A stretch of 47,753 nucleotides of DNA from contig CAYYDV010000002.1 of the NCBI GenBank assembly GCA_964470765.1, positions 1 to 47,753 of the forward strand, in the 5' to 3' direction. This DNA is from an uncultured Candidatus Saccharibacteria bacterium. Its GTDB lineage: Bacteria; Patescibacteriota; Minisyncoccia; Minisyncoccales; JAGGXC01. Positions 27,405 through 35,531 of this stretch are shown one piece after another (the stretch's first letter is position 1; every line of letters starts with the position of its first letter). Under the pieces are notes generated by a model. The model ran no database searches, was not told the DNA's origin, and worked only from the letters and a program-made list of their open reading frames with translations. The translations under genes and the position numbers were made by a program.

Positions 27405-27433
27405 TTGACAAATTTATTTTAATGATTTATAAT
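27405..27433 (+). promoter_or_regulatory. Consensus sigma70-type promoter for the HD-domain gene
   Basis: TTGACA (27405-27410), a 17-nt spacer, then TATAAT (27428-27433). The SD AAAGGAGG (27468-27475) lies 9 nt before the ATG at 27485. Confidence 0.6.
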
Positions 27434-27484
27434 GTAACTAGCTGCTTAGAATGAAAATACTTGAAGCAAAGGAGGTAAAAAATA

Positions 27485-28015
27485 ATGTTTGATGAGGAAT
27501 TAGTAGGAAGACTCTATCAGGAGACTGAGATTCTCAATCCTCAACATATATGGCTCCTTAATCATATGATGGGGGTTAGCCATGTAGCTGGCTTTTTGGG
27601 GCGTAAACTTGAACAACATGATATAACAATCGATGTTGAACTATTAGAAACTGCAGCCTTAATCCATGATATTGGAAAAGTGTTTGACAGAGGAAACCAA
27701 GAACATGTCATTAAGGGTGTAAAATTCCTTCGTGAGAAAAAGGTTGATGAAAAAATTGTTAGACCCATTGAGCTCCATGAAGTATATAGCTTTGAAAAAG
27801 ATGTCCTTCCAGAACCTTCTAGTTGGGAAGAAAGAACTCTTTTCTTAGCAGATTTAGCTTTTGGTCAGCATGTTATGTTGGTCAAGGAACGAGTAGAAGA
27901 TATTATAGGAAGATATTCTATTCTTCCCGACAGAGCAAAATGGTTAAGAAAAATGTCCCAAGAAATCTACCAAGAAATATCAGAAATAATCTCACCAGAA
28001 TCTCTACCCTTCTAA
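27485..28015 (+). CDS. HD-domain metal-dependent phosphohydrolase
   Basis: 176 aa with H...HDIGK (AALIHDIGKVFD). It is the only plus-strand gene inside the 25-kb minus-strand array. Confidence 0.8.
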   Translation: MFDEELVGRLYQETEILNPQHIWLLNHMMGVSHVAGFLGRKLEQHDITIDVELLETAALIHDIGKVFDRGNQEHVIKGVKFLREKKVDEKIVRPIELHEVYSFEKDVLPEPSSWEERTLFLADLAFGQHVMLVKERVEDIIGRYSILPDRAKWLRKMSQEIYQEISEIISPESLPF

Positions 28016-28090
28016 ACAACATATCTTCAGTGTAGAAAACTCGCTTTTTCTGCGCTGTTTTTTTGAATATTATTAATTAATTTTATAAAT

Positions 28091-28861
28091 TTAATTTTTG
28101 CTAAAAATTTTTCTTACCTTTTCCAAGTCCTCGTCGGTATCAATCTCCCACCAATTTTTCTTAATTTCTGCAGGGTGAATATTAACCCCTTGATCTATTA
28201 ACTCCTGAAACATATCTGTTAGGTAGGCTCTTTCAAAAATCTCTGCTTCGTGAAAAGGTTTTCCGGAATATTCTTTTTTTACTCTCAAATATTCTTCTCT
28301 AAAAATCTCTGCCCCTTTCTTGCTAAACTTAGCTAAGCCAATAAACTCTCCATCTGACTTCCCTGCCGTAAGGTTCTTGCCAATTTTTATTATCTTTCCT
28401 TCTTGGACAACCACATTTTCTGCTTCTCCTATTGGATGTTTTGTTCTTCCCTTGTAATAATCTTGCCAATCTACATCAACAACCAAATCAACATCATTTT
28501 GACTGGATAACATTTTTCTTACCACATTTTCTGTGTAAATAATATCTGAGTAGGAAAAAATAAAACCATCTTTCATTTCTTCTTCAGCACAAAATAGTCC
28601 TCTCAAAATACTGGGAGTTTGATAACCGCCATCGTAACAGTATTTTATATCTGGATAGTTGATTTTTTCTTTTTTATAACCGGTAACCACTACAATATCA
28701 TTTACCCCGCATCTTCTAAGAGCTTCTATCTCTCTTTGAAGAATAGTTTTTTCTCCCACTTTTAACATGCATTTAGGTCCATTATTCGTTAGGGGGTACA
28801 AGCGGCTACTTAATCCACCGGCTATAATTATTGCTTTTTTCACTGGGTTTATTTTATTCAT
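28091..28861 (-). CDS. LicC-like nucleotidyltransferase (phospho-alcohol / sugar-phosphate cytidylyltransferase type)
   Basis: 256 aa. KAIIIAGGLSSRLYPLTNNGPKCMLKVGEKTIL is the NTP_transferase signature, and the C-terminal WWEIDTDEDL resembles LicC. Confidence 0.7.
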   Translation of the reverse strand: MNKINPVKKAIIIAGGLSSRLYPLTNNGPKCMLKVGEKTILQREIEALRRCGVNDIVVVTGYKKEKINYPDIKYCYDGGYQTPSILRGLFCAEEEMKDGFIFSYSDIIYTENVVRKMLSSQNDVDLVVDVDWQDYYKGRTKHPIGEAENVVVQEGKIIKIGKNLTAGKSDGEFIGLAKFSKKGAEIFREEYLRVKKEYSGKPFHEAEIFERAYLTDMFQELIDQGVNIHPAEIKKNWWEIDTDEDLEKVRKIFSKN

Positions 28862-28874
28862 AATTTATTTTAGA

Positions 28875-29831
28875 TTAAACATTTAATACTTTACGGTATC
28901 TTTCGTCTATATTTTCTAAATCTACATAACAATCATGAGATTCTAAATTATCTATTTTCCCTATTTCTTTTAAATCTGGCATGTGTAAAAGAAATTTTGA
29001 CTTCGTATTATCTTGATCGAATAAATTATCAAATTTTTCGATCCCGGCCGAATTAAACAAATATCTGTAAAGGGTATAGGAAGGTATACCGAAAAAGGAA
29101 CCCAGTATCGCCGAACTAGAAATAATGCTATAAACTGCTTTTATTTTTTGATTATAGGTATCTAATATTACCTGAGCATTAACTGTATTATCAAATAAAT
29201 TATACTTTTTAATGTTAATTCCGGACATAACTCTGTTTTTATCACCAGGATGAGGTTTATACCATAACTTACAATCAGAGTATTTACCTTCAATACTTTT
29301 AAAGAAAGCAGTTAGTTTTTCAATGAATACTTTGTTGCTTGGGAGATATTCAGAAAAATCCTGACAAATACTTGTGTCTCCAAATATAATAACCATATCT
29401 CGTTTAGAGGTTGGCGAATTTTTAGATATAATCGGGTAGGGTAAAATATTTTCTTTTTTATCATCGAAAATGTTTACTACTTCTCTAACCGGACTGACTA
29501 TCCTAAAAGAAACCCCGGGGATTCTTTCGGCATAAACAAAACCAGTAAATTCTCCAGCTAAAGTACTTGTTACTTTTATTTTGTAACATCCAAGAAATAA
29601 AGAGTGTAAGTTGCAAAAAAGGGTCTTTATCCTGTCTATCTTAGTTTCTGAATAAGCTTTTTCCTTTAAAATGAATTTAATGATATTTTTAACATTTTTC
29701 TGTTTGCTTAAATTATAAAGTAGGATATTTACCGTTGGCCAGGTTGATTTATGAAGAAATAAATCTATTGTTTCAAAATTCGCCAAAAAAGAAGATATTA
29801 CCTTTTTTAATTTCCTTTGAAAAGCTGACAT
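28875..29831 (-). CDS. Bacterial sialyltransferase-like protein (GT38/GT52-type motifs), probably missing its true N-terminus through a frameshift
   Basis: The HP motif sits in LWYKPHPGDKN (compare YKPHPRE in meningococcal polysialyltransferase, as I remember it). IFDDKKEN sits where the D/E-D/E-G motif is expected, and a serine-rich segment (YSIISSSAILGSFFGIPSY) is present. The frame stays open upstream to 29912. Confidence 0.45.
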   Translation of the reverse strand: MSAFQRKLKKVISSFLANFETIDLFLHKSTWPTVNILLYNLSKQKNVKNIIKFILKEKAYSETKIDRIKTLFCNLHSLFLGCYKIKVTSTLAGEFTGFVYAERIPGVSFRIVSPVREVVNIFDDKKENILPYPIISKNSPTSKRDMVIIFGDTSICQDFSEYLPSNKVFIEKLTAFFKSIEGKYSDCKLWYKPHPGDKNRVMSGINIKKYNLFDNTVNAQVILDTYNQKIKAVYSIISSSAILGSFFGIPSYTLYRYLFNSAGIEKFDNLFDQDNTKSKFLLHMPDLKEIGKIDNLESHDCYVDLENIDERYRKVLNV

Positions 29832-29881
29832 TTCCCAAAATCCAACTAAGAAATTCTTCTTGTAGTGTATAAAATCAAACT

Positions 29882-30040
29882 CTATAATTCTGGTGATGAT
29901 GATGTTACTTGGTCATTATTTATTCTAAATAATATAATCTTTGAAACTGAGTCATACTTTTTTATGATTTTGATAAGATTTTTATATAACAATAAATCAG
30001 CGGGGTGATTGCATATAAAGAGTTTTGCCGTGTTTTTCAT
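29882..30040 (-). pseudogene. Detached N-terminal piece (52 codons, different frame) of the sialyltransferase-like gene
   Basis: My translation is MKNTAKLFICNHPADLLLYKNLIKIIKKYDSVSKIILFRINNDQVTSSSPEL*. The LFICNHP...LL start resembles the N-terminus of GT52/GT38-type enzymes. It overlaps the open upstream extension of 28875..29831 at 29882-29912 in another frame. Confidence 0.45.
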
Positions 30041-30172
30041 AAGTTAAGTTATTTTATCGCTTCTAAGTTAAGACTAATTGGCCAGTCCTTTCCATTTAAA
30101 GGAAACTTTCTTCTCGTCTTCTTATAAATTCTTTTATTTTTTTCTTAAAATTATTCGTTTTCATAATAAATT

Positions 30173-30976
30173 CTAAGTTGATGTGGGTACCCCCCAAAAT
30201 TCACAGTAACTACACAATGGCACTTTATTTCTTTTGCCTTCTATATGATATTTCAGCCATTTTCTTCTTTTGGGACTGTTCCAAATACCAACCAAAGGAG
30301 TTTTATTAGCATCTCCAATAACTCCTAACCTCAAAGGATCAAACCTAACACAAATAGAAACTTTACCAAATCTATCTATGCACATGTGATTGAGTAGGTC
30401 TAAACAGATTCCTATTTCTGGTTTGGTAGGATTTTTCTTATACTTAAAACTGCCTAGAGGATTATGTAATACCCTGGTAGCCACTATTCCTGGTAATTTT
30501 TTCCATTTTTCTGTATCTACTTTTCCAAGACATCTATATATTAAATTGGGTTTTTTATTACCTTTAATCCTTAAAAATTTTTTAACTAATTTATATTGTT
30601 CATCGCCTTCAGGATCATTTTCAATTACTGAAATAGTCAAAGTTTCTAGGTTGCTAATTATTTCATCAGCTTTTTCAACAATTAACTTCCCATTAGTATC
30701 TAGACACCTTATCTGTCTCTGGAATAACTTAGCAGCATCGCCAAATCGGGGATAAAGAAGAGATTCTCCGTTATTATGTAATTGGACCACTATTCCTTCG
30801 GGCAGTTGCTTAGCTATTTTCTCTACCAACTTAAAGTCCATATCCCCCCAATCACATAATTCAGGATGTTCTTTTTCTAACTTACGTCTTCCACAACAAA
30901 AACATTTTTTATTACATCTACTGGTTAACTCAATATTAACTGTGGTCAATCCATTAAATTGTTTTTCTTGTTTCAT
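30173..30976 (-). CDS. Radical SAM protein (non-B12; C-terminal Cys-rich auxiliary/twitch-like region)
   Basis: 267 aa with CxxxCxxC in LTSRCNKKCFCCGRRK and C-terminal cysteines (ICLDLLNHMCIDRFGKVSICV...PLCSYCEFWG). Confidence 0.75.
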   Translation of the reverse strand: MKQEKQFNGLTTVNIELTSRCNKKCFCCGRRKLEKEHPELCDWGDMDFKLVEKIAKQLPEGIVVQLHNNGESLLYPRFGDAAKLFQRQIRCLDTNGKLIVEKADEIISNLETLTISVIENDPEGDEQYKLVKKFLRIKGNKKPNLIYRCLGKVDTEKWKKLPGIVATRVLHNPLGSFKYKKNPTKPEIGICLDLLNHMCIDRFGKVSICVRFDPLRLGVIGDANKTPLVGIWNSPKRRKWLKYHIEGKRNKVPLCSYCEFWGVPTST

Positions 30977-31541
30977 GTTTAAAGATTTTATTCTCTACTA
31001 ACCCGCAGATAATATGACCTATGGTAATATGGGCTTCTTGAATTCGGGGAGTATTATTGGAGGGGACATTAAGTAGGGTATCAACTTTGTCTTTTAATTT
31101 ACCGCCACTGCTCCCAGTCAAGGCAACTGTCTTTGCTCCTTTTCCTTTAGCTTTCAAAATTCCTCTGAGGACATCCTCGGAGTTTCCACTAGTGCTAATG
31201 CCGATAACTATATCTTTATCAGTAACCAAACTCTCAATCTGTCTTTCGAAAATCTTATCAAAATCATAGTCGTTGGCAATTGCACTCATTATCGAGGTAT
31301 TAGTGGTTAATGCTAAAGCTGGTAAACTTTTTCTTTCTAGTTTATATTTTCCAATCAGTTCAGCAGCAATGTGTTGAGCATCAGCTGCTGAACCGCCATT
31401 GCCAAATAAAATAACTTTACCCTCATTTTTATAACAATCAATAATTAACCGGGCGATTTCATCTATTTTTTCTATCCCATTGTCCAATATTCGATTCATA
31501 ACTTCAATATGTTCTTTTAATTCGTGATTTATTTTTTCCAT
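30954..31541 (-). CDS. SIS-domain sugar-phosphate isomerase, GmhA (phosphoheptose isomerase)-like
   Basis: 195 aa with ILFGNGGSAADAQHIAAELIGKY, ALTTNTSIMSAIANDY, GISTSGNSEDV and QEAHITIGHIIC, a close match to the GmhA pattern. Confidence 0.8.
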   Translation of the reverse strand: MEKINHELKEHIEVMNRILDNGIEKIDEIARLIIDCYKNEGKVILFGNGGSAADAQHIAAELIGKYKLERKSLPALALTTNTSIMSAIANDYDFDKIFERQIESLVTDKDIVIGISTSGNSEDVLRGILKAKGKGAKTVALTGSSGGKLKDKVDTLLNVPSNNTPRIQEAHITIGHIICGLVENKIFKHETRKTI

Positions 31542-31547
31542 ATTAAA

Positions 31548-32423
31548 CTATTTAATCTTTCTTAATTTTTCAATTATTGGCTTTTCGCTTTCGAAAACTT
31601 TTTTTATACCATCCCCTAAACACGCTGGGATATTCCTAATATCCCTCACTACCCTATATATACCATCTGGCCCCAAACTAGCTGCTTGATCGCTTCCCCA
31701 CATCGACCTATCTAAAGTAATATGAGCTTCTACTATAGAAGCACCAACAGTTGCAGCCATTACCGGTTCAACTATACCAGCTCCATGACTGCTATAACCA
31801 ATAGGGCAATTAAAAGTTTTTATCATCCAAGGAATAACATTTAGATTCAATTCTTCTATTTTTGAAGGATAAGTTGAAGTACAGTGAAGTAAAGCTGAGT
31901 TGTCTTCGCTAATGACCTCTATCGCATGTCTAATCTGTTCGGTAGTACTCATACCAGTAGACATAATTATTGGTTTTCCTTTAGATTTAATTTTCTTTAG
32001 CAATTCATCGTCTGTCAAACAAGCTGAAGCTACTTTATAACAAGGAACATCGAACTGCTCTAGAAAATCAACGCTTTTTATGTCCCAAGGAGAGGCAAAC
32101 CATATTATTCCTTTTTCTTTACAATATTTATCAATTTCTTCGTATTCTTTTTCGCCAAATTCAAGTCCTCTTTTCAAATCACCGTTGGTCGGACCAAAAG
32201 GATTCTCTCTTGTCTTTGCTAATTCCTCTGGCGTATAAACTAATTCAATGGTCCTTTTCTGAAATTTTACTGCGTCGCATCCAGTAAAAGCTGCCATGTC
32301 TATTAACTTTTTAACATTGTTCATATCGCCATTATGATTAATGCCTATCTCTGCTGTTATAAAAACTTTCTCACATCTGCCTATTGTTTTATCTCTTATT
32401 TTTAATTTTTCTTCTTCTGCCAT
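31548..32423 (-). CDS. NeuB-like PEP-condensing synthase, short form without the SAF domain
   Basis: 291 aa with VFITAEIGINHNGDMNNVKKLIDMAAFTGCDAVKFQKR, GYSSHG and EAHITLDR. The protein ends about 25 residues after the TIM-barrel core, so it has no SAF domain. Confidence 0.8.
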   Translation of the reverse strand: MAEEEKLKIRDKTIGRCEKVFITAEIGINHNGDMNNVKKLIDMAAFTGCDAVKFQKRTIELVYTPEELAKTRENPFGPTNGDLKRGLEFGEKEYEEIDKYCKEKGIIWFASPWDIKSVDFLEQFDVPCYKVASACLTDDELLKKIKSKGKPIIMSTGMSTTEQIRHAIEVISEDNSALLHCTSTYPSKIEELNLNVIPWMIKTFNCPIGYSSHGAGIVEPVMAATVGASIVEAHITLDRSMWGSDQAASLGPDGIYRVVRDIRNIPACLGDGIKKVFESEKPIIEKLRKIK

Positions 32424-32457
32424 GTTTTTATTTTATTTGATTAATTTTTCCGACCTT

Positions 32458-33129
32458 TTAGTTATTTTTAATTCCGGTTCCCAAAATCATTAATTCTCTT
32501 GACCATCTGATAAACTTATTCTTGTATGTCCTTCTAACTGGTCCTAATAATTGCAAAATCTTAGAAAATATCTTTAAACAAGGGTATTTCCATAAAACGG
32601 GTAATTGATAAAACAATTCTGATTTTACATTTTTAAAATTATGTATCTTTAACAAATCACTTATAGACTTTGCAGTATAAGGATGATGATGAGTATAATC
32701 ATCATAAAATACATGTTTCACGCTATGCCAATCTGGAGTCATAATAATTATTGTTCCTCCTGGTTTTAAAACCCTTTGGCATTCTTTAATAAAATGTTCT
32801 GGGCTCCAAAGATGTTCAATAACTGATTTGGAAAATACAAAATCAAATGTTTCATCGTTGAATGGAAAAGGACCCTTTTCAATATTAGCTAATTTAATTT
32901 CGATATCTTTTAAAATCTCTGAATGACTTTTTTCCCAATCTAATCCAAAAATTTCTAATTTTAAATCTTTAAAACCTTTAGTAAAATCGCCTCGACCGCA
33001 ACCAACATCTAAGAGCTTGTCGCCGACTTTCATATTGTAACGTTCAAATAAATACTTACAAAGCTTATAGGGATAATCAGTATAAGGTCTTTCTCTTTCG
33101 TTGTAAATGGTTTTGATATAGCCTGACAT
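32458..33129 (-). CDS. Class I SAM-dependent methyltransferase
   Basis: 223 aa with LLDVGCGRGDFT and SVIEHLWSPEHFIKECQRVLKPGGTIII. Confidence 0.8.
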   Translation of the reverse strand: MSGYIKTIYNERERPYTDYPYKLCKYLFERYNMKVGDKLLDVGCGRGDFTKGFKDLKLEIFGLDWEKSHSEILKDIEIKLANIEKGPFPFNDETFDFVFSKSVIEHLWSPEHFIKECQRVLKPGGTIIIMTPDWHSVKHVFYDDYTHHHPYTAKSISDLLKIHNFKNVKSELFYQLPVLWKYPCLKIFSKILQLLGPVRRTYKNKFIRWSRELMILGTGIKNN

Positions 33130-33133
33130 AAGT

Positions 33134-33562
33134 TTAAATTTCTTCGACTAATTCAACAGGAACATTATCAGGATCAAAGCAAAACACGACTTTAGCTTTT
33201 CCGTTCGGAGATAATTGAGGAGAAGAAATAAATCTAATCCCTTTTTCTTTTAATCGTTTGTATTCAAAATCAATATCTTCTACAGTAAAAGCTGGATGAG
33301 AAGCACCGATATCAAAGATTTCTTTGTTTTCCATTTTTTTACCCCCATGGGATTGATATGATAGAAGCTCTATCAAATTTCCATCATCAGCTATCATTTT
33401 TACTGTTCTTACTTTTACCTTTTCAAGTCCTAATATTGTATCAATAAACTTCCCTTCTTCTAACGCATCAACTTTGATTTCAAATCCTAACAGATCTCTG
33501 TAAAATTCAAGGGATTTTTCAATATCACTTACCACTATTCCGAAATGACGTATTGCTTTCAT
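33134..33562 (-). CDS. VOC (glyoxalase/bleomycin-resistance/dioxygenase) superfamily protein
   Basis: 142 aa with the N-terminus IRHFGIVVSDIEKSLEFYRDLLGF and the second module ASHPAFTVEDID. Confidence 0.75.
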   Translation of the reverse strand: MKAIRHFGIVVSDIEKSLEFYRDLLGFEIKVDALEEGKFIDTILGLEKVKVRTVKMIADDGNLIELLSYQSHGGKKMENKEIFDIGASHPAFTVEDIDFEYKRLKEKGIRFISSPQLSPNGKAKVVFCFDPDNVPVELVEEI

Positions 33563-33566
33563 ATTT

Positions 33567-34757
33567 TTAATCTTTATTAATTAATTCTTCGAAGCACTCT
33601 CCTAAGACCTTGACTCCTTCAGCTAACGCCTCTTCAGGTATAGTCAATGGTGGACCTATCTTAATTGTATCTCCATAAGTACTGACTAAGAGTAGCCCTT
33701 TCTCTGCACATCTTTCTATAATCTTTTGTGTTAACTCCGCATCTCCTGTATATAATGCCCATATCATTCCACGACCATATACCTTGTGATTAGGAAATGT
33801 TTTTCTTAATAATTCCCCGAATCGATTACCTTTTGCAGCGGCTTCTTCTAATAATTTCCGGTTCTCAATAATTTCAAGTGTAGCTAAAGCAGTAGCACAA
33901 CATACTGGATTTCCGCTATGAGTAGACCAAAGGTCATCACTTAATTCTAATAGCTTTTTACAACCTACAACCGCGCTAATAGGCAACCCTCCACCAATAG
34001 CTTTACCAATAGTGATGAAATCTGGTTGAATATCATAATTTTGATAACCAAACCATTTAGCTGTTCTTCCAACTCCAGACTGCATTTCGTCAAAGCCAAC
34101 TGGGATATCATTTTCCTGCGCCCACTTAGACCAAGTTCTAACCCATTCATAAGGCAAAAACTTTGCATCTCTTCCTCTAAAAGCCTGTAAGAAAACACCC
34201 GCAATCTCATCGTGATTGACTTTATCAGGAAGCATTGACTCATCAATTACATTGTCTAAAAGCGATCTACAAGCTGCGGTACTACCGTAATAAGCTCCTT
34301 TTATTGATAATATCTTTCCTTTTTTATTTCGCTTCATCATCTGTATTACAGAATCGTTAGCTTCTGAGCCGGTAACAGTAAATAACACTTTATCCATTTG
34401 AGTAATTTCACATAATTTCTTTGCCAATTTTATACGGGAATCATTAGGAAAAACATAGGAATGTATTAACTTATTATTGACTTTATCTGTAATGGCGGCG
34501 CTTACTTCCTTTGCACAATGACCAACATTAGCCACAAATATACCAGAAGTAAAATCTATCCATTTATTCCCCCATTTGTCATAAACTTGGAAATCATCCG
34601 TCCTGTCCCAAATTACAGGCAATTCATGATCGCATATACTACTTGCCTCATATTTTTTCATATCTTCTAATAGAGGTATGGAATCAGGAACAGGAATTTT
34701 AGTCTTTATCCTTCGAAATTTTGTATCAATTGACTGAACTTTTTTAGACATAGACAT
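33567..34757 (-). CDS. Class-III (fold type I, omega-type) PLP aminotransferase
   Basis: 396 aa with TVTGSEANDSVIQM and FDEMQSGVGRTAKWFGYQNYDIQPDFITIGKAIGGGLP (the DExQ..GRTG.. and Lys motifs). Confidence 0.85.
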   Translation of the reverse strand: MSMSKKVQSIDTKFRRIKTKIPVPDSIPLLEDMKKYEASSICDHELPVIWDRTDDFQVYDKWGNKWIDFTSGIFVANVGHCAKEVSAAITDKVNNKLIHSYVFPNDSRIKLAKKLCEITQMDKVLFTVTGSEANDSVIQMMKRNKKGKILSIKGAYYGSTAACRSLLDNVIDESMLPDKVNHDEIAGVFLQAFRGRDAKFLPYEWVRTWSKWAQENDIPVGFDEMQSGVGRTAKWFGYQNYDIQPDFITIGKAIGGGLPISAVVGCKKLLELSDDLWSTHSGNPVCCATALATLEIIENRKLLEEAAAKGNRFGELLRKTFPNHKVYGRGMIWALYTGDAELTQKIIERCAEKGLLLVSTYGDTIKIGPPLTIPEEALAEGVKVLGECFEELINKD

Positions 34758-34772
34758 AATTTTTAATATTTT

Positions 34773-35528
34773 TTAAGTTATTGGCTTGAAATTATTCTTT
34801 AAGAATTCATGTATTTTATATTTTTGTTTTTCCAAATTAAATCTAAAAAATTCTAAATCTTCCGGACGATCTAATTCTCCGGTATCTGGTGAAATGAAAG
34901 CCATTATCTTTGACCCGTGAAAAACACCTTTATCTGTTATGGTTTGATTCTTTACAACATCTACGTATCCATCGGGCTGATAAACAGGTGAAAAAGATTG
35001 ACGCGGTAAATTGTAATATTCGGGCCTTGTATCATTCGGGAATAATCCAACAAAGAAACCATTTTCAATAGCAAAACATTTATAAGGTGATTCTCTTAAT
35101 TCATGACCGGATCGAAGAGAAGTAGCCTCTTTATTTTGAACAAATTGTTCAATCGCCTTATCAATTAATTCGGGATCTCTCAAAGGAGTGGTGGGCCTAA
35201 GATGAACTAAATATTCAGGGCAATATCCTTCATTATTTTTAAGCCATTCAATAGCATGCTGAAACAATTCTATATCAGGAGAGTCGTCTCTAGCAAACTC
35301 TTCTGGTCTCAGAAAAGGAACTTCAGCTCCATAAAGTCTACTAATTTCGGCTATTTCTTCACTATCAGTGCTAACAACAACTCTGGAAATAAGCTTTGAA
35401 AGTTTTGCGGCTATTATTGAATAAGCAATAAGAGGATAATCTCCTAAATTTACTATATTTTTTTTAGGAATCGATTTCGAGCCACCTCGAGCGGGAATTA
35501 TAGCAATGACTTCTTTATTCTTATCCAT
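34773..35528 (-). CDS. Acylneuraminate cytidylyltransferase family (NeuA-like CMP-ulosonate synthetase)
   Basis: 251 aa with VIAIIPARGGSKSIPKKNI and LRPTTPLR. Confidence 0.85.
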   Translation of the reverse strand: MDKNKEVIAIIPARGGSKSIPKKNIVNLGDYPLIAYSIIAAKLSKLISRVVVSTDSEEIAEISRLYGAEVPFLRPEEFARDDSPDIELFQHAIEWLKNNEGYCPEYLVHLRPTTPLRDPELIDKAIEQFVQNKEATSLRSGHELRESPYKCFAIENGFFVGLFPNDTRPEYYNLPRQSFSPVYQPDGYVDVVKNQTITDKGVFHGSKIMAFISPDTGELDRPEDLEFFRFNLEKQKYKIHEFLKNNFKPIT

Positions 35529-35531
35529 TTT

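Noticed and set aside
29895-29904. (GAT)3 / (ATC)3 trinucleotide run at the frameshift site, considered as a phase-variation tract
   Set aside because: Trinucleotide slippage keeps the reading frame, so it cannot switch between the two frames. No homopolymer or dinucleotide tract is present in 29882-29912.
30096-30164. 22-codon minus-strand ORF (MKTNNFKKKIKEFIRRREESFL) just downstream of the small radical SAM gene, considered as a possible precursor peptide
   Set aside because: It is very short, Lys/Arg-rich, has no Cys/Ser/Thr-rich core and no SD. The neighbouring radical SAM enzyme sits in a sugar-pathway context rather than a RiPP context. There is not enough evidence to call it.
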